Positions 25,582 to 34,232 of a stretch of 64,000 nucleotides of DNA are shown one piece after another; positions within the stretch are counted from its first letter, which is position 1, and each line of letters begins with the position of its first letter. The notes beneath the pieces were generated by a model that was not told the DNA's origin, ran no database searches, and saw nothing but the letters and a program-made list of their open reading frames with translations. The DNA lies in IMG/VR virus record IMGVR_UViG_3300045738_001392, positions 3,655 to 67,654 of that record; one strand, 5' to 3'. The stretch is from a virus. The translations under genes and the position numbers were made by a program.

Positions 25582-27579
25582 ATGGCAGAAGAAAAACCAA
25601 AACAAAGAAGAAGAAGGCCAAAGCTGATCACTCCCCTGATGGTTGCAGAGGGGGCGGCTTATGGTACGACGGAGTCTACTCGCGTTAGAAGAAATATAAC
25701 CTCTCAAATTGAGAGCGTTAACCGTTTTGCTAATATTGATAACGGCCTAATTCCCTTTAAAAATAGTAGCAGCATATCGAGCGGAAGCAGTATTAATGTG
25801 AGAGACGCAGTGGTCCTGTGTCAAAAGGCATATTATAACTTTTCGACATTTAGAAATGTAGTCGATTTGATGACGGAGTTTTCCACTAGTGATATTTATT
25901 TTAAAGGTGGAAGCAAAAAATCAAGAGATTTCTTCAGGGCTTTTTTCAAAAAAATTAATTTAAGACTGTTTCAAGACAAGTTCTTTAGGGAATATTATCG
26001 TAGCGGAAATGTCTTTATTTATAGATTTGAAGCGAAACTGAGAGCCGGAGATGTCAAAAAAATTATTCAAGTATACGCAGACGATACAGCTATTCTAGAG
26101 TATGGGCTTACCGACACCCGCCCAGCTAAACCCACTAAGATAGGAGACATACCGGGTGTTAAGAAAAATGTTATACCAACCAAATACATGATATTGAATC
26201 CGGCCGATGTACACATGGAGGGATCGGCATCTTTCTCTTCGGGTAATTATGCAAAGGCTATAACAGATTACGAGCTAGAAAGAATAAAGCACCCCTATAC
26301 AGAAGAAGATAAGCAAATATACGAGAGCTTAGACCCCGCGACTAAAAAGAAGATAAATCAAGGTAAAATGGGGCAGGTACTTTTACCCCTTAATCCAGAC
26401 AAATTAATCGTTTCGTTTTATAGGAAACAAGATTACGAGCCGTTTGCTGTCCCGATGGGATTTCCTGTTTTAGATGATATAAATCTAAAAGCAGAGATGA
26501 AAAAAATGGACGCCGCCATCCTTCGTACTATGCAGCAGTGCATTTTGTTGGTTACCATGGGCGCTGAGCCAGACAAGGGGGGGATAAATCAAAAGAATTT
26601 GGGCGCCATGCAAAGGCTCTTCGAAAATGAGTCTGTGGGAAGAGTTCTTATCTCTGATTATACGACTAAGGCCGAATTTGTTACCCCGAAGGTCGCTGAC
26701 CTCTTAGATCCTAAGAAGTATGACGTGGTAGAAAGGGATATTAATACGGGGTTAAATAATATACTATTTTCTGGAGAAACATTCTCTAATCAAGCTAGTA
26801 AGGTAGATGTTTTTGTCGCGAGATTGGAGCATGGCAGAGAGATGTTCCTTCATGATTTTCTTATCCCCGAGATGAAAAGAATTTCTAGAGCTTTGGGGTT
26901 CAAATCGTATCCTGAACCGGTCTTTGATAAAATTACTCTTAAGGATAGTTATAATACCGCGAGGGTGGTAAATAGACTTATCGAACTTAACGTCCTTACT
27001 CCCGAAGAAGGTCTGGAGGCTCATGAGTCGGGGCGCTGGCCAGACATTGATTCTTCTATCAAATCTCAAAGAAAATTCAAAGCATTTAAAGACGAAGGTC
27101 TTTATGAGCCATTGGTGGGCGGTACTCCTTCAGTGGAAGAGGCGGGTCGGCCAGAAGATACGGGCACCCCGCAACAAACAAAAGAGATTTCTCCTCAGGG
27201 AGAGGGACCGCAATCTAAGAACGAATTGGGGGAAAAACAAGTAGCAATGGCGGAATTTTTCGATTTGACCTCGGTCAAAAACAATTTTATATTGGCTCAA
27301 AATTTGGAAAAAGAGGTATTAAAACAATTGCGGTCAAAGCATAATATTAAAAAACTTAGCAAAAAGCAGAAGGAAGTAGCTTCAGATATAGTAGATTTGA
27401 TAGTGACAAATGAAGATTCAAAGCACTGGGTATCAAAAGTAGAGGAATATTGTGAAAATCCAAGTGTAAAGACTAATAACAAAATACTTGGAGAAATCAC
27501 TGAGATCTGTGATAGGCACCAAGTAGACAAGTATCTCGCAGGAATTTTGAGATCGAGCATACCAAACGATAAGGATTAA
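25582..27579 (+). CDS. probable portal protein
   Basis: Size and position upstream of protease and capsid; C-terminal LTPEEG...GRP motif typical of portals. Confidence 0.7.
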   Translation: MAEEKPKQRRRRPKLITPLMVAEGAAYGTTESTRVRRNITSQIESVNRFANIDNGLIPFKNSSSISSGSSINVRDAVVLCQKAYYNFSTFRNVVDLMTEFSTSDIYFKGGSKKSRDFFRAFFKKINLRLFQDKFFREYYRSGNVFIYRFEAKLRAGDVKKIIQVYADDTAILEYGLTDTRPAKPTKIGDIPGVKKNVIPTKYMILNPADVHMEGSASFSSGNYAKAITDYELERIKHPYTEEDKQIYESLDPATKKKINQGKMGQVLLPLNPDKLIVSFYRKQDYEPFAVPMGFPVLDDINLKAEMKKMDAAILRTMQQCILLVTMGAEPDKGGINQKNLGAMQRLFENESVGRVLISDYTTKAEFVTPKVADLLDPKKYDVVERDINTGLNNILFSGETFSNQASKVDVFVARLEHGREMFLHDFLIPEMKRISRALGFKSYPEPVFDKITLKDSYNTARVVNRLIELNVLTPEEGLEAHESGRWPDIDSSIKSQRKFKAFKDEGLYEPLVGGTPSVEEAGRPEDTGTPQQTKEISPQGEGPQSKNELGEKQVAMAEFFDLTSVKNNFILAQNLEKEVLKQLRSKHNIKKLSKKQKEVASDIVDLIVTNEDSKHWVSKVEEYCENPSVKTNNKILGEITEICDRHQVDKYLAGILRSSIPNDKD

Positions 27580-27581
27580 TT

Positions 27582-28736
27582 ATGGAAGAACAAGGAGAAG
27601 ACAAAGTAAAAGCAATGTATGGAGAAGCGTCTTCAGTAGATGTTTCGCTACCTGATTTATTGATTCCGCCACCGCCGAAGCAACGAGAAGAGAAGAAGGA
27701 GATAAAAGACGAGGTAGATGTATCTTTTAATTTCGCCTTCATGGGCGCTGGACAAGGAGGGTCAAGAATTGCAGAAAGTTTTCATAAGTTAGGTTATAGA
27801 AAGCTTGCGGTTTTGAATACGGCCGAGCAAGATCTCAATACAATCAATTTAGAAAATAAATTACTTATCGGCAATGGAGGAGCGGGGAAAGATCCGTCAG
27901 TTGGGCGAGAAGCATATAAAGCGCGCAAAGAAGACGTGCTAGATTTCATGAGATATTCTTTCGGAGATGAGGTCGATAAAGTTTTCATTTGCGCTGGCGC
28001 AGGTGGAGGAACAGGGGCGGGAACGCTTTGCCCTTTAGTCCAAACAGCTAAAGAATACCAAGAATCTATAGACGCAAGCTCGAATAGTGTTGGCGTTATC
28101 TTGGCGCTACCCAAGAAATCCGAAGGCAAGAGGGTAAATGAAAATGCCCTAAACACATTGTCTGAAGTTTGGGGCTTGGTCGAGTCTGGGGACGTATCCC
28201 CCTTAATTTTATTGGACAATGAAAAAATTGCTCAGCTTTATCCAAATTTAGTAGTTTCTAATTTCTGGCAAACTGCGAACATGAGTATGGCTGGACTATT
28301 CCACTTGTTTAATTTGACGACCGCCAGAGATAGCAGCTTTAGCTCTTTCGATTCAGCCGATTATAGGGGGATTTTAAATAGCGGACTAGTCGTATTCGGA
28401 GCTTCCAACGTAGAGGATTGGAGGGATCCAGTAAGTATTTCTCGAGCAGTAAGGGAAAATTTACAAAATAATTTACTCTCCGGAGGTGTAGATATCAGCG
28501 GAGGCAGTTGCGCCGCTGGTGTTGTTATCGGAGGGAAGGAGCAACTAGAAAATATTCCGCAAGCTCATTTGGATGGAGCTTTCGAACAGCTAACGAGAAT
28601 GCTTAGAGTGAACAGTACTGTTCATAGGGGCATTTATAGCGGCGATAAGCCGGAGTTAACGATCTTTACGGCCGTAGGGGGGATTCCCAAGCCCGTAGAG
28701 AAACTCGAAGACCTCAAGAAGCTTGCGGGTTTATAA
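27582..28736 (+). CDS. tubulin/FtsZ-superfamily GTPase
   Basis: GAGQGGSRIA, GGAGKDP, GAGGGTGAG signature, LLDN, T7-loop-like FDSADY. Confidence 0.92.
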   Translation: MEEQGEDKVKAMYGEASSVDVSLPDLLIPPPPKQREEKKEIKDEVDVSFNFAFMGAGQGGSRIAESFHKLGYRKLAVLNTAEQDLNTINLENKLLIGNGGAGKDPSVGREAYKARKEDVLDFMRYSFGDEVDKVFICAGAGGGTGAGTLCPLVQTAKEYQESIDASSNSVGVILALPKKSEGKRVNENALNTLSEVWGLVESGDVSPLILLDNEKIAQLYPNLVVSNFWQTANMSMAGLFHLFNLTTARDSSFSSFDSADYRGILNSGLVVFGASNVEDWRDPVSISRAVRENLQNNLLSGGVDISGGSCAAGVVIGGKEQLENIPQAHLDGAFEQLTRMLRVNSTVHRGIYSGDKPELTIFTAVGGIPKPVEKLEDLKKLAGL

Positions 28737-28763
28737 GTTAGAAAAAGGGCAACGGTAGGAGGA

Positions 28764-28805
28764 ATTGTAGTTCATGTATAATGCGCTACAATGACGGTTT
28801 TTTTT
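28764..28805 (+). terminator. possible intrinsic terminator after the tubulin gene
   Basis: ATTGTAG..CAT/ATG..CTACAAT stem followed by a T-run at 28798-28805. Confidence 0.4.
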
Positions 28806-28860
28806 GTATTTTTACAAAATTTGTTTATAATATGTGTAAGTATATAGGGTTGCCCCTTTT

Positions 28861-29466
28861 ATGAAAAAAGATATAATTGAAATAGATTTTACTTCGCAAA
28901 TAAATGCTCAGAATAAGAGCGACGATTGTTCTTGCGCGGGGAACTGTGATAGCGATTGCTCTTGCCCCTGTCATGGCGACCCCAAAGAATCCGAAGGTGA
29001 CGAGATCATTGCATTTTCCGTTAGAATAGTCGAGGCGCTTACTTCCAAGGCGGAGGACCATAATAGGGATGAAAATAATAGCCCCGTTACTTTCGAAGAA
29101 TTACTGGAAGCTTATCGAAGGGGCGCCAATATGCAAGATATTTTCGAAGGACGAACTCTCGGAGAACTAGCGATGGCGAGGGTTAATCTCCTTTTGAGAG
29201 TGAAGAGTAGACGATTTAAAGATATACTTACAGGAGTGGATGAAGAAAAAACGGCGCAACAACTTTCTGGTTTGATTTTTGATCAAGAAGATCATAGTAT
29301 ATCAATAAATAGCGAATTAGATATGTTCGATTCATGGGCTCCACAAGAGGGAGATTTTATTAAAGCTAGAAAAGATATTGAAAAATATAATTTAGATTAT
29401 GACTTTAAAAATATTAACGAACTTTATTTGAACAAATATGAGCAGATCCCTCTTGAATTTGATTAG
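28861..29466 (+). CDS. head-module hypothetical protein with N-terminal Cys cluster
   Basis: CSCAGNCDSDCSCPCH; YRRGA...AMARVN motif recalled from phage head-region proteins. Confidence 0.6.
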   Translation: MKKDIIEIDFTSQINAQNKSDDCSCAGNCDSDCSCPCHGDPKESEGDEIIAFSVRIVEALTSKAEDHNRDENNSPVTFEELLEAYRRGANMQDIFEGRTLGELAMARVNLLLRVKSRRFKDILTGVDEEKTAQQLSGLIFDQEDHSISINSELDMFDSWAPQEGDFIKARKDIEKYNLDYDFKNINELYLNKYEQIPLEFD

Positions 29467-29469
29467 AAG

Positions 29470-31005
29470 ATGAAAGAACATAAATATAAGACAATTTTCA
29501 GTTCTGTATTGAGACCTCTGGTTTCAGAAGAAAAAGATCAATATTTGGCCATGGCCAGTAAAATAAATATTGGAGATTTCATACCAGACATTGATACAGA
29601 AAAAAATATAGATTTACTTCCAATAGCTTTCAATGCGGCTGTCGTTAATAGACCCAATAAAAATGGAGACGTAATTGATACAGAAACGGCCTTGGCCATG
29701 TATAAAGCCTTTATCAATAAGCCTATGAACATTGAGCATAGCAGAGATAGGATTATTGGAACAATTTTAACAGCTGGATTTAGTGAGTTTGGCACGGACA
29801 AAGTTCTTAGTGAAGAAGAGGTGTCCGGATCGACAGGTCAATTCAACATCACCCTAGGGGGAGTTGTTTGGCGTATCGTAAATAGCGAACTAGCAGATAT
29901 CATTGAAGATTCAGCTGACCCCACAAGCGAAAACTATTTAAAAGTTTCTGCTAGCTGGGAATTAGGATTTACTGACTACAAATTAGCTGTTGTAGCCAGT
30001 GACGAGAAGAGCATAATCGAAGCCGAATTCATTACGGATGAGGCGAAAAACTTTGAAATCCTTAAAGATCATTTGAGATCTCTAGGGGGGTCAGGGCAAC
30101 TTGATGATGGGCGGTATGTCTATCGTCAGGTTGTTGGCGACGTTGTTCCTTTGGGTATAGGTTTAACTGAAACTCCCGCAGCGGATGTTGTTGGCGTTGT
30201 TGTTAAAAATGATACAGAGGAAGACGAGGGCCAACCCGAGGAAAACCTAAAGAATCAGAAACCTTCTGAAAATCGGGGAGAAAGTGAAGCTTCTCAAACT
30301 AAACAACTAACCAAAAGAGTAACTATGAAAATTACTAGTTTGAAAGACATAAATGCTGAGAGCCTACAAGTATTGGAAGCCTCAGATATAGCCTCTTTTG
30401 TTGAAGAGGAGCTCCAAAAAGCTTCCGAACAGTACGCGGCGGAGAAATCAGCTTTTGAGACCTCTCGTAAGGAGGCCCAAGATCAGATCGACGTTCTAAA
30501 TACTGAGGCGGAAAAGCAAGGTGGAGACCTCGAGAAAGTACAAGCCGAGTTGGCTGGTCTGCTGGCCGAAAAAGCCGTTAAAGAAGCAGAAGAAAAATTC
30601 AATCAACGAATGACCTCGATGGATGAGGACTATGCGCTTAGTGATGAAGATCGCGAAGTCATTGCCTCAGATGTCAAAGAAATGACTGATGAAGATTTTG
30701 AAGCCTACGCCACTAAAATGGCTGTTCTACTTTCCAACAAAAACAAAAAGGCTATTAAAAAACAGACTGAAGAAGCTGAGGCGAAGAAGGCTGAAGAGGA
30801 GACTCTGAAAGTAGAAGCGCCAAAAAAAGAAGAGGAAGCAAAAGCTTCCAATGCTGATGAGGTTTCTTACGTTGTTGAAGAGGCGCTGGACGAAGCGGAA
30901 GAGGAAGGGGATGCTATTGCTAACTCTACTACTGCCGAAGATCCGAGCGTATACAATAAATATCGGTCTGCCTTTGGTTTAGACCAATTTAACATTACTG
31001 TTTAA
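29470..31005 (+). CDS. prohead protease fused to scaffold
   Basis: NKNGD..KPMNIEH..IIG..SASWE protease-like N-domain; long acidic coiled-coil C-terminal half; upstream of the capsid gene. Confidence 0.75.
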   Translation: MKEHKYKTIFSSVLRPLVSEEKDQYLAMASKINIGDFIPDIDTEKNIDLLPIAFNAAVVNRPNKNGDVIDTETALAMYKAFINKPMNIEHSRDRIIGTILTAGFSEFGTDKVLSEEEVSGSTGQFNITLGGVVWRIVNSELADIIEDSADPTSENYLKVSASWELGFTDYKLAVVASDEKSIIEAEFITDEAKNFEILKDHLRSLGGSGQLDDGRYVYRQVVGDVVPLGIGLTETPAADVVGVVVKNDTEEDEGQPEENLKNQKPSENRGESEASQTKQLTKRVTMKITSLKDINAESLQVLEASDIASFVEEELQKASEQYAAEKSAFETSRKEAQDQIDVLNTEAEKQGGDLEKVQAELAGLLAEKAVKEAEEKFNQRMTSMDEDYALSDEDREVIASDVKEMTDEDFEAYATKMAVLLSNKNKKAIKKQTEEAEAKKAEEETLKVEAPKKEEEAKASNADEVSYVVEEALDEAEEEGDAIANSTTAEDPSVYNKYRSAFGLDQFNITV

Positions 31006-31033
31006 AAAATTGAAAATAAGGAATAAATAAGTT

Positions 31034-31636
31034 ATGGCTTATATTGACAGAAACTTACGTCCGTTTAGACAATACAGCGAACACGATGTAGTCAACCTTT
31101 TCACTCTAGAAGCGCGCGCGGGGGAAACCCTGCCCGTGAATAAGGGGACACTGGTATCCATTATCAGTGGTGCTGGTTGGGAAGCCACAGATGAACTAAC
31201 GCTTGAAACTATTCATGCAGAGGCGTCAACGTATAATAATACTTTGAGTCCGCGCTTTGCTGTTCAGTCCAAGATCCATGTTCACACTGGCGACGCTACT
31301 GAAACTGTTTATGGTTTGTTGCTGCATGATGTGCGCGACAAAGACGAAAACGGCGAACTTTTAGTTTATAATCCTCGCAAAGCTGCAGAGATGCAGGCTT
31401 CTGTGAGTGGACAGGTTGTCCCTCTCGTAAGAAAGGGTCTTTTCCTGTATGATGGTTTCGTAACGGGTGCTGGTTCACCAGCTGCCGCAGGAAATCCGGT
31501 TTATCTTGCCGCTGATGGTAAGATGGGCTCGGTCCCAGCAGTAGCAGGTCAAAGCGTTCAAGTAGGTATTGCCCTTGGAGGGATGGATACTGACGGAAAC
31601 ATTCTAATCGACTTTAACCCAGCAGCTTATGCTTAA
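31034..31636 (+). CDS. capsid decoration/cement protein
   Basis: Position between scaffold and capsid; AGNPVYLAADGK..VG pattern. Confidence 0.65.
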   Translation: MAYIDRNLRPFRQYSEHDVVNLFTLEARAGETLPVNKGTLVSIISGAGWEATDELTLETIHAEASTYNNTLSPRFAVQSKIHVHTGDATETVYGLLLHDVRDKDENGELLVYNPRKAAEMQASVSGQVVPLVRKGLFLYDGFVTGAGSPAAAGNPVYLAADGKMGSVPAVAGQSVQVGIALGGMDTDGNILIDFNPAAYA

Positions 31637-31656
31637 TCCGTAGGAGGATATAAAAA

Positions 31657-32826
31657 ATGAGATTAAAGTTAAAAGAAACTCCTGAACAGGTAGAACTTAT
31701 TAAAGCTATGGGATCACGCAACGTTACTGTTGCGCGTGAAGCACAGGAAGCTTTCGCAGCTTTCTTGGGCCCCGTAGTTCAAGAGGTTCTTGGCGTTGCA
31801 GGAACAGCATCGAGAATCTATACTGATTCTCCGTTCGACGAAGATGACTCGCCCTCCTATCCGCTTGATTTGTATTACAATGAGAGCGCTGGCTATGTGA
31901 CCGTATGGTCTCAAAACATGGCTGGAGGTTTGCCGAGCTCACAGATCGAAGGTGTAGCTGAGATGAAGATCGCGACTTATCGCATCGATTCTGCAGTTAG
32001 CTTTCTAAAGCGTTATGCGCGCAAGTCGCGTTTAGACGTGGTTAGCAAAGCTCTAGAGCGCATGTCCCAAGAAGTTCTCCTCAAGCAGGAGAGAAACGCT
32101 TGGGCCGTTATTTTGCGCGCTTTGGCTGAGGCAAAGACCAAGACCTCGATTCATAATGAAACGAAGCATATTATGCACTGTGCTAGCTCTGACGGAACCA
32201 TTGATGGTTCTGGCTCTGGAGCTACTAAGCTCAGCGAACTGAAGCTTGCTGATTTCAGCAGACTTCTTACTCGTATGCGTAGACTCAATGAGTCTTTTGC
32301 ACAAGGTACTCCGGACTCGGTTTACAGCAACGGTATCACCGATTTGTATGTAAGTCCCGAGATGAAGGAACATATCCGTGCGTTCGCGTTTAACCCGATG
32401 AATACAAAGGGATCTAACACTGACATTCCGCTGCCCGATGACATGCGTCAAGGCATTTACAATTCGGCAGGTATGCAAGAGATCTACGGCGTAAACATCC
32501 TTGAGCTCCTTGAGCTCGGGAAAGAGAAGAAGTACAATGCGTTGTTTGGTAGTTTTACTGCCAATCAGGGTAATGGTGGCGGATACAATGTATCCAACTT
32601 CTCAAACGCTGATGACGAAATCATGGTCGGTGTTGACAATAGTAAGGGCGCGTTTATTCGTGCTGTTGCTCGTCAAGCTGATAGTGGCGGATCATTTACC
32701 GCTCTACCGGACGATCAGTTTAATCTGAATCGTGCTGACAGAACTGGTTTCTATGGCTTCTTGGAAGAGGGCCGTGTTTGCATCGACGCTCGCGCGCTTG
32801 CAGGCATAGTGTTTAGACACGCTTAA
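31657..32826 (+). CDS. major capsid protein
   Basis: 389 aa, strong RBS (AGGAGG), strong terminator, canonical order after protease-scaffold and decoration genes. Confidence 0.8.
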   Translation: MRLKLKETPEQVELIKAMGSRNVTVAREAQEAFAAFLGPVVQEVLGVAGTASRIYTDSPFDEDDSPSYPLDLYYNESAGYVTVWSQNMAGGLPSSQIEGVAEMKIATYRIDSAVSFLKRYARKSRLDVVSKALERMSQEVLLKQERNAWAVILRALAEAKTKTSIHNETKHIMHCASSDGTIDGSGSGATKLSELKLADFSRLLTRMRRLNESFAQGTPDSVYSNGITDLYVSPEMKEHIRAFAFNPMNTKGSNTDIPLPDDMRQGIYNSAGMQEIYGVNILELLELGKEKKYNALFGSFTANQGNGGGYNVSNFSNADDEIMVGVDNSKGAFIRAVARQADSGGSFTALPDDQFNLNRADRTGFYGFLEEGRVCIDARALAGIVFRHA

Positions 32827-32849
32827 GAATTAGTTCTTAAATTAATCAC

Positions 32850-32880
32850 TTGCCCCGAAGAAATTCGGGGCAATTTTTTT
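32850..32880 (+). terminator. intrinsic terminator
   Basis: TTGCCCCGAA-GAAA-TTCGGGGCAA 10-bp stem plus T7. Confidence 0.92.
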
Positions 32881-32926
32881 GTTCCCATTGCGTCTAAGAT
32901 AGTGTAACATCGATTAGGACAAAAAT

Positions 32927-33319
32927 ATGAAGAAAAAAGCAAAAAAAGAGACACCTAAAGAAGGGAAACTGCGACTGGCAAAAGCTAAAAAACTTACGGA
33001 TATGACCCAAACCCATGGGAAAGAAGAGAAGTTCCAACCTACGACTCTCGACCAAATTTGGGGGGATGACGGCACTTCAAAGTATCCCACTCAAGATGCT
33101 CAAGTATATGTCGACTCTTTAAACACCATGACAAGGGTAGACATTCAAACGCATGCGACTCGAGTGGGTCTAATCCCGGTAGAAAACAGAGAAGTTCTCC
33201 AGTCAAGATTGCTTAGGGAATTTCGTAGGCACTGGGCCGGATACAAAAGGCCACACACTGAAGATAGTAGCGTAGAAATTTCTCAGGAAGTAAAAGGGAT
33301 TCTTGAAGAAGGTCGGTAG
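32927..33319 (+). CDS. hypothetical protein
   Basis: ORF after a GTGTAA motif, downstream of the capsid gene. Confidence 0.7.
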   Translation: MKKKAKKETPKEGKLRLAKAKKLTDMTQTHGKEEKFQPTTLDQIWGDDGTSKYPTQDAQVYVDSLNTMTRVDIQTHATRVGLIPVENREVLQSRLLREFRRHWAGYKRPHTEDSSVEISQEVKGILEEGR

Positions 33320-33355
33320 TTTATGTAATTAATAGGTGTAATTCTTTATAGAATT

Positions 33356-34219
33356 ATGCCTGTAAACTACGATCTGAATATTATAAAAGGCTCTACCTTT
33401 TCTGCGAGAGTCATTGCCTCCAACGCGGACGGAACGCCTGTAGACCTTAGTAATTATCAAACCCGAGGTTATGTAAAGCAGAGATACTCTGACACCGGAG
33501 TTCTTCTAGATCTAAAACCTGAGCCCACCTTTGGATATGAAACGAGTGGGTATATAGATATTCTTGTTCCCGCTACCGGAACAGAAGTTTTACCTGTAAC
33601 GCAGGCCGTATATGATATAGAAATGTATGGCCCGACAGGAAGTCAAGATTTTGTAATTAAGCTTCTAGATGGAAGAGTCAACATTCATCCCGAGGTAACA
33701 AACCCAGCAAGTGTCATTATTCAATATGGTGCAGCGGGCGCTGGAGAGGCGAGCTCTACCGGGGGCGGGACGACGCCCCCTCCGATGACGACCACGACAT
33801 TGTATCCGCAAACTACTACTACCACGCCAACTCCCGGAGGCGGTGGCGGTGGCGGCGGCGGCGGTGGCGGCTCATCTGCCTCGATTACTATAACAACTCC
33901 TTCTGCTGGCACATTTGTGTCATTGCCCTTTACTCTTGCTGTTACTGGGTCTAATTTCGCTCACTGGCATTGGACAGATAGCGACACACACTCAAACGGA
34001 TTCGACAGCTGGTCTGTAGGAGCCGACATCACTAATGTTGGAACAATGGTGGCAGCTGGTAATCTGAGCACTACAGTAACCGAAAATAATTTGCTGGGCG
34101 GGCAGAACTGGGGTCCAGTTGGTTATGTCTATGTCGTGGCAGTAGATGCTAATCATCAGATTTTAGCAGACTCGTATGGCGGCATAGCGTCAGACGCCAT
34201 ATTTATAACACTGCTATAA
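33356..34219 (+). CDS. virion structural protein with Thr/Gly low-complexity linker
   Basis: DLNIIKGSTF..PVDLSNY..YDIE..G.V.I.PEVT adaptor-like N-domain; TTTT and Gly12 linker. Confidence 0.65.
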   Translation: MPVNYDLNIIKGSTFSARVIASNADGTPVDLSNYQTRGYVKQRYSDTGVLLDLKPEPTFGYETSGYIDILVPATGTEVLPVTQAVYDIEMYGPTGSQDFVIKLLDGRVNIHPEVTNPASVIIQYGAAGAGEASSTGGGTTPPPMTTTTLYPQTTTTTPTPGGGGGGGGGGGGSSASITITTPSAGTFVSLPFTLAVTGSNFAHWHWTDSDTHSNGFDSWSVGADITNVGTMVAAGNLSTTVTENNLLGGQNWGPVGYVYVVAVDANHQILADSYGGIASDAIFITLL

Positions 34220-34232
34220 TGCGTATAGATGA

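Noticed and set aside
27582-28736. Cellular ftsZ, implying a bacterial chromosome, or a proven nucleus-forming phage
   Set aside because: No dcw-cluster genes and no FtsZ C-terminal peptide; context is phage head genes; no chimallin or multisubunit RNAP recognisable in the window
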